Assembly (NCBI GenBank): GCA_937991555.1
Contig: CALKHU010000135.1
Coordinates: forward strand, 1,787-65,786
DNA length: 64,000 nucleotides
Source of the DNA: an uncultured Caulobacter sp.
GTDB lineage: Bacteria > Pseudomonadota > Alphaproteobacteria > Caulobacterales > Caulobacteraceae
Direction of reading: 5' to 3'
The notes beneath the pieces are model-generated. The model made no database searches. It was not told the origin of the DNA and saw only the letters and a program-made list of their open reading frames with translations. Made by a program: the position numbers and the translations under genes. Below are positions 47,454 through 56,712 of this stretch, in pieces. How positions within the stretch are numbered: position 1 is the stretch's first letter; each line of letters opens with the position of its first letter.

Positions 47454-49820
47454 TCAGTCTCGGGTCTTGAGCACGGCGACGAGATCCAGCCTGTCGATCC
47501 GTTCGCGGATGATCAGCGCCGAAATCGCGGCGGCGCCGAGGGCGACCAGGGCGGCGCGGGCGTAGGTCTTCGGGGAAACGATAAGCGGAATGCGGAACAG
47601 TTCGCTGTCGAAAGCCTCGACCATGGTCGCGGCCAGGCCGTAGCCCAGCGCCCAGCCGAGGGGGACGGACAGGGCGACGAGTATGCCCAGTTCCATGAGC
47701 AACACGCGCGAGGTCTCGCCCGCCGTGAAGCCGAGCACGCGCAGGCTTGCCAGTTCCCGCGCGCTTTCCGACAGCTGGATCCGCGCGCTGTTGTAGATGA
47801 CGCCGAAGGCGACGGTCATGGCCAGCCCCAGGTAGGTCGCCATCATGACATTGATGTTCTGCGCCATCGTGGCCCGGAACTGCTGCAATGCGCGTCCCTG
47901 GAGTTGCAGCGCGCCGATCGCCGGACTGGCCTTCACCGCCGCGAAGAAGTCCCGTGCGCGGGCGGTATCGTAGCGCACATAGGCGCCGGACACCCGCGGC
48001 CCCTCGCCGAGCAACCGGGCCAGCGCCTCCGGGTGCATGTAGGTCGACAGCCCCATGTAGCTTTCGACGACCGCCGAGACCCGGAGGCGGGCAGACCGCC
48101 GTTCGCCCTCCAGCACCTCGACGTCGATGATGTCGCCCGGCCCGGCGCGAAGGATGTCGGCGAGCTTGGCGCTGAGCACGATGCCCGATTCAGGCACGTC
48201 GACTGCACGACTGGCGGCGTCCAGCGCCCGGCTCAGGTCTCCGTCGGGCGCCTTGGCGACCACCACCGTGCGCCGGCTGACCGGGCCGCTCCGCAACCGC
48301 ACCGGCGCGGCGCGGTAGGGCTCGGCGCGCAGGACCCCCGGCATGTGCCGCACGTCGTCGAGCACCGCGGGTCCGCGCGGCTCGAAGAACACGAGCGTCG
48401 CGTTCTGCCGGTCGGCCCGGTTGAAGGTGACGTCGATCATCTCCTCCAGCGAGTCGAGGGTGAACAGCGAGCCGACCAGGAGCGCGATGGCGAGGCCCAG
48501 CCCCAGCGCGGTGAGCACCGATCGCAGAGGCCACCGGATCAGGCGCCGGAGCGCCATCATGCTGAGCTGCGAGCGGGCCACGGGCGCGACCAGGTGCTCA
48601 AGCGGCGAATGCGAGAAGCTCGGCGGCGGCGCCGGCGCCATGGCCGCGGCCGGCGCCAGCCGCGTGATCGACCAGACCGCCCGCGCCGCGCCGAGCACCG
48701 CCGCGCCGGCCCCCGTCAGCACCGCCCACAGGTACATGCGGGGATCCTGCACGAACACCAGGAAAGGGAAGTGGAAGAACTCGGTGTAGAGCCGGGTCGT
48801 CCCGTGGCCGAGCCACAGCCCGGCGGCGAGGCCGATGGCGATGCCCACGGCCGAGATCAGCAGCGCCAGCTTCACATAGTGCCAGCCGATCGGCAGGGCG
48901 CTGTAGCCCAACGCCTTGAACAGCCCGATCTGCTCCCGCTCCAGCGTCAGAAGGCGCGTCAGGGTCATGTTGATCAGGAAGGCCGACACGATCAGGAAGA
49001 TCGGCGGCAGCACGCGGCGCATGGCGTCGAGCTGCTGCAGCTCGTTGTCGAGGTAGCTGTTCGAGGCGTGGTCCTTGCGGCCGTACGCGCCGGAGCCGCC
49101 ATAGGGCGCCAGCAGGTCGTCCAGCCGGCGGATCACCTCTGCCTCGTTGGCTCCGGGCCAGAGCTTCAGCGAGACATTGTTGAAGGCGCCCTCGAGGTCG
49201 AAGGCGGCCTCCAGCGTCTCGCGGGGCATCCAGACGATCCCGAACCGCCGGTCGTCGGGGACGATGTCGCCCGGACCCATGGCGTAGACATACTCGGGCG
49301 ACAGGGCGACGCCGACGACCCGCAAGGTGCGTTCCCGGCCGTTCATGATCACCTCGAACCGGTCGCCGCTGCGAAAGCCGTGCGCGGTCGCGAAGGCCTC
49401 GCTGATGACGGCCTCGTCGGCCTTGCCGGGATCCGGAAGCCGGCCGGAGCGCAGCGTGAGCCGGTTGAGGCGCGGCTGGCGCCCCTCCGGGATGGACACC
49501 AGGGCCGCCGAAGCCGGCTCCATCACCCCCGGCAGGTCGAGCAGGGCCCCGTGCAAGATGCGCGTCTCGGCGATCGAGACCCCGGGGAGCGCGCCGATCT
49601 CGCGAGCGAGGCCCTCCGGCGCGCGCCGCGCCTGGGCGAAGACGTCGGCGAAGGCGCCCCGGTCATAATAGGCCGCCCGGGTTTCGCTGATCGACCTGTA
49701 GGCCCCGTCGCCGATCACCAGGGTCGCGACGCCGGAGGCCATCACCAGCGCGATCGCCAGCGCCTGCGCCCAGAGACGGCGCAGGTCGCGGACGAGTTTC
49801 CGGTCGAGCACGCTCACCAC
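47454..49820 (-). CDS. ABC transporter permease (FtsX/MacB-like, duplicated)
   Basis: [13 protein letters not shown] and [11 protein letters not shown] repeats. Confidence 0.9.
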   Translation of the reverse strand: MVSVLDRKLVRDLRRLWAQALAIALVMASGVATLVIGDGAYRSISETRAAYYDRGAFADVFAQARRAPEGLAREIGALPGVSIAETRILHGALLDLPGVMEPASAALVSIPEGRQPRLNRLTLRSGRLPDPGKADEAVISEAFATAHGFRSGDRFEVIMNGRERTLRVVGVALSPEYVYAMGPGDIVPDDRRFGIVWMPRETLEAAFDLEGAFNNVSLKLWPGANEAEVIRRLDDLLAPYGGSGAYGRKDHASNSYLDNELQQLDAMRRVLPPIFLIVSAFLINMTLTRLLTLEREQIGLFKALGYSALPIGWHYVKLALLISAVGIAIGLAAGLWLGHGTTRLYTEFFHFPFLVFVQDPRMYLWAVLTGAGAAVLGAARAVWSITRLAPAAAMAPAPPPSFSHSPLEHLVAPVARSQLSMMALRRLIRWPLRSVLTALGLGLAIALLVGSLFTLDSLEEMIDVTFNRADRQNATLVFFEPRGPAVLDDVRHMPGVLRAEPYRAAPVRLRSGPVSRRTVVVAKAPDGDLSRALDAASRAVDVPESGIVLSAKLADILRAGPGDIIDVEVLEGERRSARLRVSAVVESYMGLSTYMHPEALARLLGEGPRVSGAYVRYDTARARDFFAAVKASPAIGALQLQGRALQQFRATMAQNINVMMATYLGLAMTVAFGVIYNSARIQLSESARELASLRVLGFTAGETSRVLLMELGILVALSVPLGWALGYGLAATMVEAFDSELFRIPLIVSPKTYARAALVALGAAAISALIIRERIDRLDLVAVLKTRD

Positions 49821-50533
49821 GAAAGCTCTGCGGGCGACTTGCGGCGGGCGTTGGTCTCGACCCGGCTGACCCGGCCGTCCCCGAAGTAGAGCACCCTGTG
49901 CGCCATCTCCCGGATCGAGGTGTTGTGGGTGATGACGGCGGTGGTGGCCCCGAGGGTGTCGTTGATGAGGGCGAGCGCCTCAAGAACCCGCACCCCGGTG
50001 GCGAGGTCCAGCGCACCGGTCGGCTCGTCGCAGAGCAGCACCTTCGGCCGCTTGGCGATGGCGCGCGCGATGGCGACCCGCTGCTGCTCGCCACCGGAAA
50101 GCTGGGCCGGGAAGTGATGGGCGCGGGCGGTGAGGCCCACCATCTCCAGCGCCTCGTCCGGAGACATGGGCGCGTCGGCGATCTCGGTGACGAGCGCCAC
50201 GTTCTCCCGGGCGGTCAGGCTTGGCACCAGATTGTAGAACTGGAACACGAATCCGACGTTGCGGCGCCGGTACCGGGTGAGCGCCGCGTCGTTCAGGGTC
50301 GTCAGTTCGAGGCCCTCGAACCGCGCCGATCCGCTGGTGGCGCGGTCAAGGCCGCCGAGGATGTTGAACAGGGTCGACTTGCCGCTGCCGGACGGCCCGA
50401 GGAACACCGCGAACTCGCCGGAGTACAGGTCGAGGTCCAGCCCACGGAGGGCCTGCACCTCCAGCTCGCCGGAGCGGTAGGTCTTGGTCAGGCCACGGGC
50501 CTCGAAGACGGGGGCTGGCGCGCTTTGGTCCAT
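49814..50533 (-). CDS. ABC transporter ATPase
   Basis: [16 protein letters not shown] and DEPTGALD motifs. Confidence 0.93.
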   Translation of the reverse strand: MDQSAPAPVFEARGLTKTYRSGELEVQALRGLDLDLYSGEFAVFLGPSGSGKSTLFNILGGLDRATSGSARFEGLELTTLNDAALTRYRRRNVGFVFQFYNLVPSLTARENVALVTEIADAPMSPDEALEMVGLTARAHHFPAQLSGGEQQRVAIARAIAKRPKVLLCDEPTGALDLATGVRVLEALALINDTLGATTAVITHNTSIREMAHRVLYFGDGRVSRVETNARRKSPAELSW

Positions 50534-50568
50534 GCCGACCTTTCTCGCCTGACACGGCGGCGGCGCCC

Positions 50569-50582
50569 TTGAGGGAAATCAA
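50569..50582. promoter_or_regulatory. FNR/FixK box TTGAGGGAAATCAA
   Basis: Upstream of the ABC operon; last box seen in the window. Confidence 0.7.
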
Positions 50583-50588
50583 CGGCAG

Positions 50589-52355
50589 TCAGGACGGGCC
50601 CGGCGGCTCCGCGGCCGCGCGGCGCGTCGGGTCGGTCGACGGCGCGAGCCGGCCTTCCTCCAGGGCCAGGATCCGGTCGCAGACGGCCAGGCTTTCGGCG
50701 CGATGGGCGATGATCAGCAGGGTCGGCCGCGGCTCGAGCGCCATGAGGCGGGCGAGGACGGCCTGTTCCGATTTCACGTCGAGCGCGCTTCCCGCCTCGT
50801 CGAGGACGAGCAGCCGCGGTCGTCTCAGCAACGCCCGGGCGAGGGCCAGCCGCTGGCGCTCGCCGCCCGAAAGCCGCGCGCCGCGTTCGCCGACGGGAGT
50901 GTCGAGACCCAGGTCCATGCGCCGGACAAGGTCGTCCGCCCCGACCGCTTCCAGGACCGTCCAGAGGTCGGCCTCGCTCGCGCCCGGCGCGGCCCAGGCG
51001 AGGTTCCGGCGCAGGGTGTCGTGGAACAGGTAGGGATCCTGCGAGACATAGGCGACCTGGTCCCGCCAGGCGGTCCGGGCGGCCCCTTTCAGCCTCACGC
51101 CGCCCGCGCTGATCGCGCCCTCCTGGGGCTCGAGAATACCGGCCAGCAGGTCCGCGAGGGTCGTCTTGCCGGCGCCGGACGGCCCGCACAGGCCGACCGC
51201 TTCGCCGGGGTGCAGCACCAGGTCGACGCCGTCCAGGCAGGGTCGCCCATCGGCGTGCCGGTAGGCGACGCCGGCCGCCACCACCGGACCGTCCGGAATC
51301 CCGATGCCGGCGTCGGAGGGCGGCGACGGGCTCCTCGCCAGGTCCGCCGTCAGGGTCTGGAGCGCCCCGTAGGCGGGCAGGGCGTGGACCAGCTGCTGGA
51401 CCCCCTGCTGCAGCTGCGCGGCGGGTCCGCTCATCCGGGACAGGATCAGCAGCGTTGCGATCAGCGTCGGTCCGTCCGTCCCCGACCATACGCCGGCTGC
51501 CAGGACGACGACCCCTGTCAGGGCGGTGGCGGCGGCGGTGACCAGCCGCAGGTTGCTCTGCTGGCGCGCGAAGGCGAGCTGTCGGTCGACGAGCGCGTCC
51601 GCGTCGGCCTCGAAGGCCGCCACGAAGCGCGCCTGCAGGTTCTGGGCGAAGGCCAGCTTCAGTCCGCCCAGGAAGCGCGCGGCCGCGTCGGCCATCGTCA
51701 GCTGCCCTGCCGTCAGGGCTTCGCCGATCCGGCGGGCGCGCCGCAGGACCGGGAGCAGCAGGAGCGCGCCGACGACCATCACCGCCACGGCCGCGACGGC
51801 CATGCCGGGGGCGACCCAGAGCGCCAGGGCGGACTGCGCGGCCAGCACGACGACCGAGACGGCGCAGGCCATCAGCACATGGACGGCCCCGGCGACCTGC
51901 GCGATGTCGATGCCGAGCGCCTTGGTCACCCGCGCGTGGCGGAGGCCTGCGGCCTCGCGCCATTCCGCGCCGGCCAGCGCCCGGATGAGGCGCCGACGGC
52001 TGTGCTCGACGAATCCCGCCTGAAGACCCGCGACCTGCCGGTCGCGCAACGCCAGCAGCAGCGAGCGGACCACGACCAGCGCCGCGAAGCCGCCGACCAG
52101 GACCAGCAACTGCGCCTGACGGCCTTCGGCGCCGGTCACGGCGAAGGCGCGCTCGGCGATGACCTGGAGCTCGCCGCCCGCCGCACCGGTCAGCACGGCG
52201 ATGAGCGGGATCAGCAGCAGAAGCCCCACCCCCTCGACCAGCGCGCCGGCGAGCATCAGCGCCAGGGTCGTCGCGGCCTTCCAGCCGGCGAAGCGGGCCA
52301 GGTCGAGTGCGAAACCGGGGATCGTGGCGCGAAGCGCATCGCCGGCGGCGGTCAC
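50589..52355 (-). CDS. ABC exporter (fused TMD-NBD), RiPP-cluster transporter
   Basis: TM region plus GPSGAGKT, LSGGERQR, LDEA; GTG start after GAAG. Confidence 0.88.
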   Translation of the reverse strand: MTAAGDALRATIPGFALDLARFAGWKAATTLALMLAGALVEGVGLLLLIPLIAVLTGAAGGELQVIAERAFAVTGAEGRQAQLLVLVGGFAALVVVRSLLLALRDRQVAGLQAGFVEHSRRRLIRALAGAEWREAAGLRHARVTKALGIDIAQVAGAVHVLMACAVSVVVLAAQSALALWVAPGMAVAAVAVMVVGALLLLPVLRRARRIGEALTAGQLTMADAAARFLGGLKLAFAQNLQARFVAAFEADADALVDRQLAFARQQSNLRLVTAAATALTGVVVLAAGVWSGTDGPTLIATLLILSRMSGPAAQLQQGVQQLVHALPAYGALQTLTADLARSPSPPSDAGIGIPDGPVVAAGVAYRHADGRPCLDGVDLVLHPGEAVGLCGPSGAGKTTLADLLAGILEPQEGAISAGGVRLKGAARTAWRDQVAYVSQDPYLFHDTLRRNLAWAAPGASEADLWTVLEAVGADDLVRRMDLGLDTPVGERGARLSGGERQRLALARALLRRPRLLVLDEAGSALDVKSEQAVLARLMALEPRPTLLIIAHRAESLAVCDRILALEEGRLAPSTDPTRRAAAEPPGPS

Positions 52356-52435
52356 GGCGTCTTCGCCCTGACCCGGAGGCGGCGCCGTTCGATCGACCGC
52401 TTGATCCGGCGCCGCGATGCGGTCTTCATCGGGGC

Positions 52436-52681
52436 ATGATCCAGGTCGCTCACCGCTTCCTCCGCGCCCTCCGGGCCGACGCCGCGCTCCGCGCGCGTGT
52501 CGCGGATCTGGGTCCGGACGCCGGTCTGGACGACATCGCCGCCCTGGCCGCGGACGCCGGTCACGCCTGTGATCCAGAGTCGCTGCGGGAGGCCTGGCGT
52601 CAAGACTGGACGCTGCGCTGGCTGGCGAACGGATCGGCCACCGGGAACCGGGCCTCCAGCGCCCGCGCCAGCGACGAATAG
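52436..52681 (+). CDS. Nif11-like protein (81 aa)
   Basis: AHRFLRALRADAALRARV..LDDIAALAADAGHACDPESL matches the Nif11 leader pattern; Trp-rich tail WRQDWTLRW. Confidence 0.7.
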   Translation: MIQVAHRFLRALRADAALRARVADLGPDAGLDDIAALAADAGHACDPESLREAWRQDWTLRWLANGSATGNRASSARASDE

Positions 52682-53727
52682 CTCTGCCCGCCCTGGAAGA
52701 AGCTCCGGAAGAAGGCTTCGGGCCTGTCGAGAAAGATCGGCAGGATAAACCGGCGGAGCCGGTCGAGCTCGACGCCGATGGCGGATTGGACCCGGCGGCT
52801 GTGCTCCAGCCCGTCGTCGTCCGCCGTCGTCCCGGCGAGCTTGGCTGCGATGACCTCGCCGGCGATGGCGCCGCTGGCGAGCGCGTATCGTATCCCCTCG
52901 CCCAGGATCGGGTCGACCAGTCCCGCCGCGTCTCCCACCAGACAGACGCGCCGCGTGGAGATGGGGGCCGGGCCCTCGTAGAGCGGGATGGGGTGGCCGC
53001 GGCGGACCTGGCCGAGGATGACGCCCCTGGGCAGGGCGCGGTCCAGATAGGCGTCGAGCAGTCCGGGCATGCCGTCCCGGCGAGTCCACGACCCGATGCC
53101 GCAGGACAGGTGGTCCCGCTTGGGGAAGATCCAGCCATAGCCGCCGGGCGCGCAGGCGAAGTTGAAGCTCATCCGTCCGCCTTCGGCCTCCCAGCCCTCG
53201 GCGGTGACCTCGACCTCGGCGTCGATGGCCACGCCGGGTCGGGTTCGCCGGGAGAGGCCGACGGCGGCGGCCGTGCGTCCGGCCGCGCCGTCGGCGCCGA
53301 CCACGAACCGCGCGCGCAGCCGCTCGCCGGACCGGGCGATGACGGTGACGGCGTCGGCCTCTTCCTCGACATGCGCCACGCCGAAGTCATCGCGCAGCTC
53401 CACGGCGCCCCGTGACAACGCGCGCTCCACGATGTGGAGGTCGAAATCGCGGCGGCCCACCATCCAGGCGCCGTAGGCGCTGTCCTTGTCGACGGCCGGC
53501 CCGAAATCGAGCTGCCACCGCGAGGCGGCGACCTGCGCCTCGATCATCGGCATGAAGTCCCAGTCCAGCGTCGCGCGAACCGGCCCGGGCGTCAGCGCGC
53601 CACCGCAGGCCTTGTCCCGGGGCAGTTTGCGGGCCTCCAGGACCAGCACCCGCGCGCCGGCCTCGGCGAGCTTGAGCGCGGCCATCCCTCCGGCCGGACC
53701 GGTCCCGACGACGATGGCGTCATGCAT
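52600..53727 (-). CDS. Geranylgeranyl reductase-family FAD oxidoreductase
   Basis: GTGPAG, RDKACGG, GADG, GYGWIFPK and GDAAGLVDPILGEGI motifs. Confidence 0.88.
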   Translation of the reverse strand: MHDAIVVGTGPAGGMAALKLAEAGARVLVLEARKLPRDKACGGALTPGPVRATLDWDFMPMIEAQVAASRWQLDFGPAVDKDSAYGAWMVGRRDFDLHIVERALSRGAVELRDDFGVAHVEEEADAVTVIARSGERLRARFVVGADGAAGRTAAAVGLSRRTRPGVAIDAEVEVTAEGWEAEGGRMSFNFACAPGGYGWIFPKRDHLSCGIGSWTRRDGMPGLLDAYLDRALPRGVILGQVRRGHPIPLYEGPAPISTRRVCLVGDAAGLVDPILGEGIRYALASGAIAGEVIAAKLAGTTADDDGLEHSRRVQSAIGVELDRLRRFILPIFLDRPEAFFRSFFQGGQSYSSLARALEARFPVADPFASQRSVQS

Positions 53728-54754
53728 GGGCGGTCAGCTCCGGACTGCGGACAGGGGCGAGCGCGAGGTAGGCCTTGGCCGGCAGGGGGGCGCCGTCCTT
53801 CAGGTTCAGCTTCACGTGGCTGATGAAGGCGCTGAACGCGTCGAGGCGACCCCTTGCGGTGGCGAGGTCGCGCGAGATCAGCGTCTCGGGCCAGGGGAGG
53901 GCGCGGTCCATCGGCGTCACGGCCCCCCGCCAGCCGGCCGCGGCCTCGACCCGCGCCGGCTCGGCGAGACCGGTCCCGGCCAGCCAGTCGAGCAGCGCCG
54001 ACTGGGCCGCTTCTCCCGCCTCGTCGCGCGGATGGATGACCTCGAAGCCGAGGTCGGGGGCGAGGGCCGGGGTGAAGCCCAGCACCAGACGCGTGGCGTC
54101 CCCGACCAGTGGTCCCCGCCCCATCAGGTCGGCCAGCCGGTCGATGTCGCCCGGCCATCCCGCCTCGGCCAGGAAGCGCCGCACCCGGTCGGTCTCCAGA
54201 TCCCGGATCATGCAGCGGAGCTGGGCGTCGCGGGACAGCATCACCCCGACCATGCGGCCCGGCGTCAGGCCATGGGCGACGGCGATCTCGAGCGTCGAGA
54301 CCAGCGTCCTCCAGCCCTCCAGGCCTTCGGGCGCCATCGCCGCCACGAAGCGTTCTCCCGCGGCGATTCCGTCGAGGACCGTGCCGTCGAAGGCCGCGAA
54401 GACGGCGGGCGCGGCGACGCCCTCGTCGTGTTCCAGGCCGATCTCGGTGATGGCCGCGAGTGCGGGATCCTCCGCCCAGGCGCCGGCGAAGGCCGCGAGG
54501 CGCGACCATGCGGGACCGCTCTGCCGCCGCGCCAGCGCCAGCAGCCTGCCCGCCCCGCCGTCCGCGGCGAAGAAGTGCTGCGACACGTCCACGGCCCGGT
54601 CGCTTCCCGCCAGGCGGCACTCGAAATAGACCACCACGTCGGCCGCCACCGCCGGCGCGGCCCGCCGCAGCGTGCCGGCGCCGCCGTCCGGCAGCAGCGC
54701 CGCGGGGAACCGGGCCAGCGCCAGGTCCATCGTCTGGACAGCCAGGACGCTCAT
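53720..54754 (-). CDS. Hypothetical protein, possibly an ABBA-type prenyltransferase
   Basis: Translationally coupled on both sides; FECRL..D, LEHD, GVMLSR..R, GFE and SHVK..KAYL pattern. Function is an inference. Confidence 0.5.
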   Translation of the reverse strand: MSVLAVQTMDLALARFPAALLPDGGAGTLRRAAPAVAADVVVYFECRLAGSDRAVDVSQHFFAADGGAGRLLALARRQSGPAWSRLAAFAGAWAEDPALAAITEIGLEHDEGVAAPAVFAAFDGTVLDGIAAGERFVAAMAPEGLEGWRTLVSTLEIAVAHGLTPGRMVGVMLSRDAQLRCMIRDLETDRVRRFLAEAGWPGDIDRLADLMGRGPLVGDATRLVLGFTPALAPDLGFEVIHPRDEAGEAAQSALLDWLAGTGLAEPARVEAAAGWRGAVTPMDRALPWPETLISRDLATARGRLDAFSAFISHVKLNLKDGAPLPAKAYLALAPVRSPELTAHA

Positions 54755-55707
54755 GCGAACAGGCGCCGCCGCAGAAGGGCGGCCATCGCCGGCAGGGCGT
54801 CGAGGTCGTCGGGCAGGCTCAGCGTCCGGATCGGCGTGGCCGCGGCGACTCGCGCCAGCAGGGACAGCTCCTGCCGCCGCTGTTCGCGCCCGGGCGTGAT
54901 CATCCCGATCAGGTTGGCCGCCAGTTCCGCGAGCCGCTCGCCGGGCGGCAGATCCTCGATCAGCGGCTCGGCCAGACCGGCGATGCGCGGCGTCATACGG
55001 TAGATGGCGTGCAGTCGAACCGGCGTCGCCTGGAACCGGGCCGGATCGTGGACGCTGACCTTGGCCATCTCGGTGGTGGTCGGAAACAGTGTGGTGGCCG
55101 TGGCGTCGCTGACGCCCAGCCTGCGCGCCGAGTCCGGCCACATGCGCAACCGGGCCCGCCCCGGCTGCACCAGAAAGCCGTCGGCGTCCCCGACCAGCCC
55201 GACGAGGTCGTCAGTGACCAGCCGGCAACCCTCGTCGATCAGGGCCCAGGCCAGGCTCGACTTTCCCACGCCCGACGCGCCCATCAGCGCGATGGCCCGT
55301 CCCTCCGCGGCCAGGGCGGTGGCGTGCACGCAGGGTCGACCCGCCAGCCTGAGGGCGCGCCCCAGGATCGGTCCCTCGATCAGATTGGCGATTTCGGCGT
55401 CGGTCTCGCCTTCGCCGGCCTGGACGGTGATCTCGCACCCGTCACTGCGGATGCCGAAGTCGGCGACATGTCCGCGATAGTCATACCGCAGTCGGTACCA
55501 GCCGCCGTCGGACGAGCGCCAGTACTCGACCTTCGCCCAGTCGGGCGTCAGCTCGGACCCTTCGGGATGTTCGAGCCACTCCAGTCCGTCAGCGGGCGCG
55601 CCCCGGCGAATGCAGATCACAACGTCCGCAACGCCTGCGGCGTCCAGCAAACCGGACAGCGCGATCTCGCTCGCGACCTCCGCCGCGCCCAGTCGGTAGC
55701 GGCGCAT
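54751..55707 (-). CDS. HPr-kinase-like lasso peptide kinase
   Basis: VHATAL, GASGVGKSS Walker A and TDD; directly downstream of the precursor. Confidence 0.85.
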   Translation of the reverse strand: MRRYRLGAAEVASEIALSGLLDAAGVADVVICIRRGAPADGLEWLEHPEGSELTPDWAKVEYWRSSDGGWYRLRYDYRGHVADFGIRSDGCEITVQAGEGETDAEIANLIEGPILGRALRLAGRPCVHATALAAEGRAIALMGASGVGKSSLAWALIDEGCRLVTDDLVGLVGDADGFLVQPGRARLRMWPDSARRLGVSDATATTLFPTTTEMAKVSVHDPARFQATPVRLHAIYRMTPRIAGLAEPLIEDLPPGERLAELAANLIGMITPGREQRRQELSLLARVAAATPIRTLSLPDDLDALPAMAALLRRRLFA

Positions 55708-55725
55708 GACGGGAAGGGCTGGCGT

Positions 55726-55863
55726 CTAGGACGTGTACGAGCCGGGGCCGTTGGCGTCGTTCGGCCCGTTGGTCGTGGCCGTGTTGGTCATGCTGCGGAT
55801 CGTGCCATGTTCGGTCAGGCGCGGCGCCTGGTACGGCATCTTCTTGGCAGGTTGTTCCGACAT
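55726..55863 (-). CDS. Lasso peptide precursor (A): 27-aa leader plus core TATTNGPNDANGPGSYTS
   Basis: Leader YQAPRLTEHGTIRSMTN = Y(-17)xxP(-14)xL(-12)xxxG(-8)xxxxxT(-2); Asp at core position 9; follows B1/B2. Confidence 0.9.
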   Translation of the reverse strand: MSEQPAKKMPYQAPRLTEHGTIRSMTNTATTNGPNDANGPGSYTS

Positions 55864-55940
55864 GAGCTTCCCCAGTAAGCCTTCGTGGTCGACGGTAACT
55901 GCCGCGGCCGGGGCACCCGAGCGCGCGCGTCGGTTGTCAT

Positions 55941-56384
55941 TTAGCCGCTGTTTGTCGCTCTGCGCCAGAGGCAATTGTAGGTGGCGTCCAGGTCCGCAGG
56001 TTCGTTGACCGGCTCGCCGTCGATTTCAACCCAGGCATGGGCGTCGAATTCGCCCACGGTCCGGGTTCCCAGGCAGAGATCGGCGGCGATCCCCCGTCGC
56101 CGCAAGGAACCGGCGAGCAGCAGCGCGCGGGGCAGGCAGCGGGCGTCGAACGGCATGCGGTCGGCGATCCGGCCGATGGCGCGGGCCTGGGCTTCGGCCA
56201 GGGGTCTCGGCTCCAGCCTGTTCGGGCGCGGCGGCGGCAACCGGTCGGCCAGCCGCCAGACAATGCTCGCCGACCGCTGCAACCCGAGGCTGTGCACCAG
56301 GAGCGACATGGCGCCCAGGGCCGCCGCCACCGGCGCGGCCTGGACGAGGGCCTTCAGCCTACCCGGCGGCGACGAGGAGGCCAT
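55941..56384 (-). CDS. Lasso leader peptidase (B2, transglutaminase-like)
   Basis: CLPRAL..LRRRG..G..AHAWVE Cys/His motif. Confidence 0.92.
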   Translation of the reverse strand: MASSSPPGRLKALVQAAPVAAALGAMSLLVHSLGLQRSASIVWRLADRLPPPRPNRLEPRPLAEAQARAIGRIADRMPFDARCLPRALLLAGSLRRRGIAADLCLGTRTVGEFDAHAWVEIDGEPVNEPADLDATYNCLWRRATNSG

Positions 56385-56649
56385 GGTTGCGGAGCTCGAT
56401 GGCCAGCCTGGCGATGTCCTGCTCGATCGTCTCCAGCGGCGCGTCGTAGACTTCGGCGACGGCCCTGGCGGCGGCGCCGATGGTCTCGGCGGTCTCCATC
56501 GCCTGCCACATCCGGGTGCCGACCTCGTCGAGCCCGAAGTAGGTCTCGGTCTCGAGGTTCAGCAGGGCGGCGTTTCCGGCCACCTCCTGGAACAGGACGT
56601 AGTCGGGAACCTCGGCCTTTGCGCCCAGAATAATTTCGATCTCGGTCAT
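56359..56649 (-). CDS. RiPP recognition element (B1, PqqD family)
   Basis: LLNLETETYFGLDEVGTRMW..Y..DI..L..GLL pattern. Confidence 0.92.
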   Translation of the reverse strand: MTEIEIILGAKAEVPDYVLFQEVAGNAALLNLETETYFGLDEVGTRMWQAMETAETIGAAARAVAEVYDAPLETIEQDIARLAIELRNHGLLVAAG

Positions 56650-56666
56650 TGCTCCTCCGCGTTGGG

Positions 56667-56695
56667 GCTATAGGCTTGCGCGCCAAAGGCTGCAA
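56667..56695 (-). promoter_or_regulatory. Sigma70-like promoter TTGCAG-N17-TATAGC for the B1-B2-A-kinase operon
   Basis: Read on the minus strand just upstream of the GGAGGAG RBS of B1. Confidence 0.55.
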
Positions 56696-56712
56696 TCGGG
56701 CTGTAGAAAACC

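Noticed and set aside
52352-52429. Basic 25-aa micro-ORF MKTASRRRIKRSIERRRLRVRAKTP upstream of the exporter
   Set aside because: No RiPP leader motif or clear RBS; cannot be supported
52356-53138. Apparent N-terminal fusion on the ABC exporter (849-aa ORF)
   Set aside because: Overlaps the reductase in another frame and has low-complexity sequence; the real start is near GTG 52355
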